The position numbers were made by a program, and so were the translations under genes. DNA of 63,789 nt from a virus (Duplodnaviria; Caudoviricetes), in the IMG/VR virus record IMGVR_UViG_3300027865_000008, positions 1-63,789 of that record, one strand, 5' to 3'. The notes under the pieces were generated by a model, which saw nothing but the letters and a program-made list of their open reading frames with translations, had not been told where the DNA came from and did no database searches. The first letter of the stretch is position 1; each line of letters begins with the position of its first letter. Of the stretch, positions 1 to 6,240 are shown in pieces.

Positions 1-2
1 AG

Positions 3-203
3 ACACCGACTATTGCAGCTGATTCCGTAGACTATCAGAGCAAAGGTGGAATTTTTGCAAAACGAGCGAGAGAATTTAAAAAAACGTATGAGGAATTTGT
101 GGGGAAAAGTGGCGGAGTAAAACCTGCCAGCTTAACATTTGATTGGGATAGGTCGCCCACTTGGGGTGGGGATCACATGACGCATTCCCAGCGTTATCGT
201 TAA
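3..203 (+). CDS. C-terminal part of head-completion/head-tail adaptor protein (continues from 63317 across the circular junction)
   Basis: Frame 3 is open from base 3 to TAA at 201-203 (TPTIAADSVDYQSKGGIFAKRAREFKK...). It joins ORF 63317.. in frame if the terminal 'a' is redundant. Confidence 0.7.
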   Translation, partial: TPTIAADSVDYQSKGGIFAKRAREFKKTYEEFVGKSGGVKPASLTFDWDRSPTWGGDHMTHSQRYR

Positions 204-228
204 CATTTTTTCTAAAAGGAGGATTTTC

Positions 229-1158
229 ATGAAGCGTTTTTCTACACTATTGGCGATGGTAGGGGTTATGTGTTTTACGCTAATGTCAACACATCTCCCC
301 GTATTATATGCCGAAACGGGCTTAAGCGGGTATGAGAATATGGCAAAAATTACAGTAACTTCCGAGATCAAACGTGTTTTAAGTGAAAAAGATGCCGGGC
401 TGCTTTCTGGCACAGAGGCAATAAGAACTACTTTAAAAGAAATGCAGAAACAAGTGCAGTCTGAAATTGCTGCTGCTGGTGTCGGCTCTTGGGATGCTCA
501 TTTTCTTCCGGATGTAGAGGCGGCGATAAAAGAACACATCGATAATTGGGGGATTACAGCTAATGCAGGTTTGGGCGATACCATCGATAAAACTTGGGCG
601 AGCGGTATTAATTTGGTCAACGCTCCTCTTGTCGCATCGGGTGAACTTGTAATCGGTAGTTTCGGAATTCCTGTAGAAATTCTTAACGTTATGAAAGATT
701 TTACTTTTCATAAATTGGACGGCGTAAAAAATGCGGCGTGGGATAAAATCCGGAGCGAGTTAACATTAGGGGTGCTCGGTGGCAAAACACCACATGAAGT
801 AGCTACGGCAATAGGAAAGAATTTAACTTCTCCTTCCATTTTTAAAAGTATTCATGATAGAGCTAACGTTATAACAAATACTGAATTAAGTAGGGTTTTT
901 GACAAAGCTTCACATGAACAGATGAAAACGGCAGCAGCTCATGTTGACGGTTTAAAAAAACAATGGCGGCATGACGGTCATCCGAAGAAGCCAAGATCAA
1001 CGCATGTCGCGGCTCACAATCAAGTACAGCTGGTAGAGGAGTATTTCATAATTGGTTCTGTTGAGATGATGTTTCCCCATGATCCGGCGGCACCAATAGG
1101 AGAAGTTATTAATTGTACGTGTACGCAGGTGCCGTATATGGATAAATGGGCAGCGTAA
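229..1158 (+). CDS. Phage minor head / head morphogenesis protein (Mu gpF / SPP1 gp7-like)
   Basis: RA..I..TE..R motif, KKQW..DG...PR.TH, C-terminal MFPHDP...EVINCTC. Strong SD AAGGAGG before 229; alternative start at 340. Confidence 0.8.
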   Translation: MKRFSTLLAMVGVMCFTLMSTHLPVLYAETGLSGYENMAKITVTSEIKRVLSEKDAGLLSGTEAIRTTLKEMQKQVQSEIAAAGVGSWDAHFLPDVEAAIKEHIDNWGITANAGLGDTIDKTWASGINLVNAPLVASGELVIGSFGIPVEILNVMKDFTFHKLDGVKNAAWDKIRSELTLGVLGGKTPHEVATAIGKNLTSPSIFKSIHDRANVITNTELSRVFDKASHEQMKTAAAHVDGLKKQWRHDGHPKKPRSTHVAAHNQVQLVEEYFIIGSVEMMFPHDPAAPIGEVINCTCTQVPYMDKWAA

Positions 1159-1180
1159 GTATTTTCAGAAACTGATTATG

Positions 1181-1258
1181 CCGGAAGAAGTCTTGCGGGC
1201 TAAGGTGTGTAAGTTTGAGCACCTTGCATGTCTTCTCGCAAGACTCATGGCTTCGGAG
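1181..1258 (+). promoter_or_regulatory. Structured leader RNA upstream of pyrE
   Basis: AGTCTTGCGGG(1189-99)/CTCGCAAGACT(1235-45) encloses AAGGTGT/GCACCTT. The outer CCGGAAG/CTTCGG stem overlaps the GGAG SD (1255-58). Confidence 0.5.
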
Positions 1259-1265
1259 AAATAAT

Positions 1266-1850
1266 ATGGGTATCAAAAATCTTAAAAGACTGTTAACACA
1301 ACTTATTTTAAAGAGAAGTTTTAAGTATAGCGAAAAGCCCTTATTTACATTGGCTTCTGGGGAAAAAAGTCCTTATTATATCGATTGTAAACCAATTACT
1401 CTTTGCCCAGAGGGACGCTTAATTATAGGGGAAATAGCTTTTTTAATGCTAAGGGCGCTTGATTTCAAGGGGGTTGGAGGCTTAACCTTGGGTGCTGATC
1501 CTATTGCTATTACTATAAGTGATTTTTTCCTTAAAAACAGTAGATTGATTCATAGCCTCGTTGTCAGAAAAGAACCAAAGAAGCATGGTACAAATAAATG
1601 GATTGAGGGGAACTTTTACGATCAAATGCCCGTAATTATTGTAGAAGATGTCCTTACAACCGGGGGCTCAACAATAAAGGCCATAAATCGTGCTCGTGAA
1701 TGTGGCTTGGAAGTAAAACATGTTCTAGTTATCGTTGATCGTGAAGAGGGTGGCAGGCAAATAGTTAAACAGGAACTGAATGTTTCTGTAAGAAGTATGT
1801 TATACAAAAGTGAAATATCAGAAGTTTTTTGGAGAGAACAACAAAAATGA
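1266..1850 (+). CDS. pyrE: Orotate phosphoribosyltransferase
   Basis: FTLASGEKSPYYIDCK, GGLTLGADPIA, VRKEPKKHGT, PRPP-binding IIVEDVLTTGGST. The ATG at 1266 after GGAG is preferred to the TTG at 1215. Confidence 0.95.
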   Translation: MGIKNLKRLLTQLILKRSFKYSEKPLFTLASGEKSPYYIDCKPITLCPEGRLIIGEIAFLMLRALDFKGVGGLTLGADPIAITISDFFLKNSRLIHSLVVRKEPKKHGTNKWIEGNFYDQMPVIIVEDVLTTGGSTIKAINRARECGLEVKHVLVIVDREEGGRQIVKQELNVSVRSMLYKSEISEVFWREQQK

Positions 1851-1931
1851 AGCGGGGGGTCGGGAGTTCAAATCTTCTCATGCAGTTTTTAACTGGGTGT
1901 AGCTCAGTCTGGTTAGAGCGCCCGCTTAGGA
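1851..1931 (+). tRNA. Circularly permuted tRNA-Pro-like element (3' half precedes 5' half)
   Basis: 3' half 1851-1885: A-GCGGG-GGGTC-GGGAG-TTCAAAT-CTTCT-CATGCAG. Linker TTTTTAA. 5' half 1893-1931: CTGGGTG-TA-GCTC-AGTCTGGTTA-GAGC-G-CCCGC-TT-AGG-A. Confidence 0.75.
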
Positions 1932-1938
1932 TTTTGGA

Positions 1939-2493
1939 ATGTACATTAAGCTAGATATCACAGAAAAAGGGGGGATATTTCATAGGCGCTCACAGGATGT
2001 TGTTATGAAAGCCCTCACCGATGCAATGTACAAAGTAACAAGCTTTCTTTCGATGGAAGTCAAAGAACGAACGCCTGTTGGATACCGCGGTAATAGAGGT
2101 TCCGGTTTAAAGCAGAGGATATACGGAAAACCAATTTTCAAAGGTAAGGCTCTCGTGAAGGGGATCGTTTCCCATACCTCTAAATACGGTGATGTTATAG
2201 AACTTGGCAGACGTGCCGGAAAGAAAATGCCGCCTGTAGGTTCTCTCCTCGATTGGATAGTCTTTAAATTTGCTGGTGTAGACATGGCTGAGGCCATGGA
2301 TATCGAATGGGCTGTGAGGCGAAACATAGGGAAATTCGGTTTCCCAGGAAAGTTTATGTTTAAAGAAGCTTACACCGATAATGAGAGTAAGATTTTTAAA
2401 ATATTTGACGAAGCCGGTTTCAACATTTCTAAAGAAATGGGCGAATTGACTAGTATAGCCGGTGTTTCAAGTGATGTGGGTGGAAGACCATGA
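1939..2493 (+). CDS. Neck / tail-completion protein (HK97 gp10 / Mu gpG-like)
   Basis: VKERTPVG...L, YG..IELGRRAGKKMPP, G..MFKEA motifs; lies between head and tail genes. Confidence 0.7.
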   Translation: MYIKLDITEKGGIFHRRSQDVVMKALTDAMYKVTSFLSMEVKERTPVGYRGNRGSGLKQRIYGKPIFKGKALVKGIVSHTSKYGDVIELGRRAGKKMPPVGSLLDWIVFKFAGVDMAEAMDIEWAVRRNIGKFGFPGKFMFKEAYTDNESKIFKIFDEAGFNISKEMGELTSIAGVSSDVGGRP

Positions 2494-3248
2494 GCGAAAC
2501 ATTAATAAGAACAGGTATAAAAAATCTTCTTGAAGCAATAACCGGTGTCGGAAAAGTTCATGATTATGAACGTTTTACGATGAGGCCAGAAGAGTTTTTA
2601 CTGCTGTTTAAAGATGCTACTTCGAATAAAATAATCGGTTGGGAAATCACTCGGACTGGTGCGGATGTCGAAAGAGTAACATCGAACAAATTTAAAATCC
2701 TGCATCATTTTGTAATAAAGGGGTATTACGGTTTACAAGATTCGAGTGCCAGTGAAAAATTATTTAATGCCGTTGTCGAACTGATAATAGCAAAACTGAT
2801 AAATAATCCGATTGCCGATACACAGGGGTTAGCAATCCCGCAAGTAAAAACGATTAATGCTCAGGTTTTTGGTGATCATCTTTGCCACCATGCAGAAATC
2901 GAATACAGTGTAAGAGAAATAATCACACTCGATGAAGAGACGCTTGAGGATTTGGTCAAGGTAAATCTTAAATACTATATACAAGATCCTGCTACCGCTG
3001 GAGATGTCGAAACCGGTACAACTACGAGTGCGGCTACGGATAAACTAATCGATTCTGGAAAAGATTTTACGACATATGTGACCGCTGGAATGCATGTAGA
3101 AAATACGACTGATGCTACATATTCAACTGTGGTAAGTGTCGATTCTGCTACACAATTGACACTGAGGGATGATATTTTTACCATCGGCGAGGATTATCGT
3201 GTCGTAGAAGAACACGCGGAAGATTTAGTCGATAACCTAGACGCATAG
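2490..3248 (+). CDS. Tail terminator-like protein (Mu gp37 position) with inserted 65-aa domain
   Basis: GVGKVHDYER, GWEITR, F..HLCHHAEI motifs; synteny before DUF2635 and sheath. Confidence 0.6.
   Translation: MSETLIRTGIKNLLEAITGVGKVHDYERFTMRPEEFLLLFKDATSNKIIGWEITRTGADVERVTSNKFKILHHFVIKGYYGLQDSSASEKLFNAVVELIIAKLINNPIADTQGLAIPQVKTINAQVFGDHLCHHAEIEYSVREIITLDEETLEDLVKVNLKYYIQDPATAGDVETGTTTSAATDKLIDSGKDFTTYVTAGMHVENTTDATYSTVVSVDSATQLTLRDDIFTIGEDYRVVEEHAEDLVDNLDA
3009..3203 (+). repeat. 65-aa dispersed domain, copy 1
   Basis: ETGTTTSAATDKLIDSGKDF...VDSATQLTLRDDIFTIGEDYRV; 195 nt. Confidence 0.9.
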
Positions 3249-3261
3249 GAAAGGGGAACTC

Positions 3262-3549
3262 ATGAAAGTAATAGCAAAACAAGATACGAAATGTCCTAAA
3301 GAAAACAAACCGAGGGTATATATATCTGATTCAGTAGCATCTGATGTGCCTAACAGCCCTTTCTATCGCCGTTTAATTGCCGATGGTTCTCTTATAAAGA
3401 TGGAAGAAAAAGAAGAAGTCAAAACAAAAGCAAAGAAAACGGAAAAAGTGTTAGAGAAGAAAAAAAATACTGGAAAAATACTTCCCCGGCTAAACCAAGT
3501 CAGGCCAAAGGAACAAATAAAAACAAATAAAAACGGAGGATCTTTATAA
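3262..3549 (+). CDS. DUF2635 / Mu gp38-like small tail protein
   Basis: CPKE..PR.YI....VP.S.FYRRLIADGSL, directly upstream of the sheath gene. Confidence 0.8.
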   Translation: MKVIAKQDTKCPKENKPRVYISDSVASDVPNSPFYRRLIADGSLIKMEEKEEVKTKAKKTEKVLEKKKNTGKILPRLNQVRPKEQIKTNKNGGSL

Positions 3550-5249
3550 TGGGTTCAGAAAATATTTCATTTGCAGAAATACCCTCTTCTATTCGGAAAC
3601 CTGGCAAGTACATGGAATTCAATACCAAGCTTGCCGTGAATACCCTTTCTCAAAATCCACAGAAGGTCTTAATTGTAGGCCAGCGGCTGGCATTGTATAT
3701 CGAAACAGCAAGATTTAAGGGTGGTACCTTAAATGATATGACTTCTCAGGGAACGTATACCGGACTCGTTGCTACAAATTTTATTGTCAGGATACAAGCC
3801 ACGGGCACTCCAGATGATATGGAATTTTCAACTGATAATGGTGCTACATGGTCGTCTCCCGCAGCCGTTACAGGTAGTGCACAAGCACTTTCTCTTGGAG
3901 TAACTGTCACTTTCGGTGCTACTACCGGGCATGGTCTCCTCGATGAGTGGAGATTCACCGCATGGCCAGAGCCTTCGGTTGCTGCTGCCACTCCTACCCG
4001 CATTTTCAGCGAAGCCGAAGCCGCCGAACAGTTTGGTTATGGGAGTATGGTTCATATTATGGCTAAAGCTGCTTTGAAAGCGAATAAATACTTACAGCTT
4101 TCTATTTGCGCTTTGGCTGACAGTGGGTCGACTAAGGCCGCCGGGGATATTACTATTACTGGTACCGCTACAACTGCCGGGAGTTTAAAGCTTTATATAG
4201 GCAATGTATTATGTGAGGCAGATATTGTAGTGGGTGACACTGCCCATGAAGTAGCTTTAACTTTGCAAGCGAAGATGGAAACTTTCAATTATCTACCTGT
4301 AGTTTTTGACGTTGATGCGCTTACAGGGAAACTTGATTTTGTAGCAAAAAATGCAGGTACCATCGGAAATGATATCGGTATTGAAACTATACTTTCTTCT
4401 GACGGACTTGCAGTTGCAGAAACAGCTATGACTTCCGGTGCAACGAATCCTGATGTTGATACTGCCCTTACACCTGTACAGCCAGAGGACTACAATATCC
4501 TCATCACTCCTTATGCCATCCAGGCCGATCTTGTTAAAGTTCGTGATCACCTTGATCTAGTTTCTGGACCGATGGAACAAAGACCCTGTACTTCTGTTTT
4601 CGGTATGTCGGGTACATTGGCTGCTGCAACTACACTGGGAAATGGTGTAAATCATGCACGTATAGTGGGAGCTTTTCTTAGAAGTACACGTAGTATGCCT
4701 TACGAAATTGCTGCTGCTTTTGCTTCTGTTATGGCTTTTGAAGAAGATCCCGCGATGCCATTAAATACATTGGAACTCAAAGGGCTTCATGCTCCGACTA
4801 TAGCAAATCGTTTTACTCGTACTGAGCAGGAAACGCTTTTGAACAATGGTGTTTCTCCGGTTATGGTTGGTCCAGGAGAAAAGGTACAAATAGTACGGGC
4901 AATCAGTACGTATGTGAAGGATGCACAGGGTATCGATGATATAAGTTTGTTAGACATTACGTCAATAAGAACACTCGACTATGTCAGGTTAGTTTGTGTC
5001 GAAAGAATATCTTTGCGGTTTCCACGATCAAAATTGTCTACCAGGACGGCCAATATGGTAAGGTCAGAGCTTTATGATGTTCTTAAAAAATTAGAAGCCT
5101 TGGAAATCGTTGAAAATGTCGATGATAATGCCGATGAGCTGATTGTCGAGGCAGATTTACAAGATCCCAACAGATTAAATGCAAAGGTGCCATCTGATGT
5201 CGTTAATGGATTACATGTATTCGCAGGCAGGATTGACCTGATATTGTAA
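3549..5249 (+). CDS. Tail sheath protein (Mu gpL-like)
   Basis: ISF.EIPSSIRKPGKYMEFNT, EEDPAMPLNTLEL, LLDIT.IRTLDYVR, RFPRSKL, DVVNGLHVFAGRIDL. Confidence 0.95.
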   Translation: MGSENISFAEIPSSIRKPGKYMEFNTKLAVNTLSQNPQKVLIVGQRLALYIETARFKGGTLNDMTSQGTYTGLVATNFIVRIQATGTPDDMEFSTDNGATWSSPAAVTGSAQALSLGVTVTFGATTGHGLLDEWRFTAWPEPSVAAATPTRIFSEAEAAEQFGYGSMVHIMAKAALKANKYLQLSICALADSGSTKAAGDITITGTATTAGSLKLYIGNVLCEADIVVGDTAHEVALTLQAKMETFNYLPVVFDVDALTGKLDFVAKNAGTIGNDIGIETILSSDGLAVAETAMTSGATNPDVDTALTPVQPEDYNILITPYAIQADLVKVRDHLDLVSGPMEQRPCTSVFGMSGTLAAATTLGNGVNHARIVGAFLRSTRSMPYEIAAAFASVMAFEEDPAMPLNTLELKGLHAPTIANRFTRTEQETLLNNGVSPVMVGPGEKVQIVRAISTYVKDAQGIDDISLLDITSIRTLDYVRLVCVERISLRFPRSKLSTRTANMVRSELYDVLKKLEALEIVENVDDNADELIVEADLQDPNRLNAKVPSDVVNGLHVFAGRIDLIL

Positions 5250-5323
5250 ACTGCGCGATTTCAAACGATACTAATATTCTCGTAAAAGGGGAAGTGTAAA
5301 CTAATAAAATAGGAGGTAAATTC

Positions 5324-5680
5324 GTGAAATATGTATCTAAGGTTACATTAGATGTAAACGGATCGGTTATCGATGACATAAAAACTGTTACTGAAAAGGA
5401 GTTTGAGCTTAACAAACAAGTTAATCTCATGGGTAAAACCGGCCATATGTCGGTTACTCCCAGATATGCATTTGATTTTGACTATGTCGTACCAGAAGAC
5501 ACTACGCCAAGAGATTTTTCAAATTTATCAAATGGCAGGTTAAGTATTGAATTCGAAGGCGGCGAACGTATTACTTATACGGGTGTATATGTTCTGAAAA
5601 TTGGCGATAAAAAGATTGACGGGGAAAATGAAACCGTTCAAACTATTTCAGTCGGTGCAGAAGGAAGAGTTGAAGAATAA
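5324..5680 (+). CDS. Tail tube protein
   Basis: 118 aa, beta-rich, directly after the sheath; SD AGGAGG. Confidence 0.8.
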   Translation: MKYVSKVTLDVNGSVIDDIKTVTEKEFELNKQVNLMGKTGHMSVTPRYAFDFDYVVPEDTTPRDFSNLSNGRLSIEFEGGERITYTGVYVLKIGDKKIDGENETVQTISVGAEGRVEE

Positions 5681-5721
5681 TAGTCTTTGGTAATCTAAGA
5701 AACAAGGAGGGAAGGGGACAA

Positions 5722-6081
5722 ATGGAAAAAAAAATGGATGATATTAAGACAAGTATTTCTGGTGAACTTGTTATCGGTTTGGATTTTAACGGAAGGAAAC
5801 ACAAGAATTTTACAATCGGCCTTGCCACGGTAAAAGATACATTTGAGGCACAAAAAGAAGGAGGTAAAGACCAATATAAAATTTACTTGGCTCTCATTGC
5901 CCGCCGTATAGAGAAACTGGGTGGTATTCTTAAAGAAAATATTAATGCTGAATTGCTTCTAAATTTGTATGATATTGACCTCGAAATTATTTTAGAAAAA
6001 CAAAAAGCTCTGGATGGTAGCTTCGATTCGTTTCGTGAACAGTTCGAAGCCACAGAGAAAGTTAGTACTAGCACTTCTTAG
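5722..6081 (+). CDS. Tail assembly chaperone (Mu gp41-like)
   Basis: Lies between tube and tape measure; L..GL...G..H..F.I, and L...D motifs. Confidence 0.75.
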   Translation: MEKKMDDIKTSISGELVIGLDFNGRKHKNFTIGLATVKDTFEAQKEGGKDQYKIYLALIARRIEKLGGILKENINAELLLNLYDIDLEIILEKQKALDGSFDSFREQFEATEKVSTSTS

Positions 6082-6238
6082 TTTCGGAATTCCATATAAT
6101 GTAATAATGGAGATGCATGGAATTGAGGCGGCCGGATATCTGGAAGCATATGAAGAAGTAAAATCTAAAGCGGAAGAAAACCCAGAGTCGGGTGAAAGTA
6201 AGCCTGAAACATATGTAGTAAAAAATAAGAAAGAATAA
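6032..6238 (+). CDS. Putative frameshifted extension of tail assembly chaperone (GT-like, +1 frame)
   Basis: Overlapping +1 frame ORF ending just before the tape measure; TCG TTT CGT at 6028-6036. Confidence 0.6.
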   Translation, partial: FVNSSKPQRKLVLALLSFGIPYNVIMEMHGIEAAGYLEAYEEVKSKAEENPESGESKPETYVVKNKKE

Positions 6239-6240
6239 AA

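Noticed and set aside
1851-1886. Ordinary attP carrying a tRNA 3' end
   Set aside because: No integrase was recognised, and a standard attP would not be followed by the matching 5' half; kept only as a possible historical origin.
1838-1940. Bulge-helix-bulge splice motif for the permuted tRNA
   Set aside because: The flanks can pair weakly (AAAAT/ATTTT) but do not give a 4-bp helix with two 3-nt bulges.
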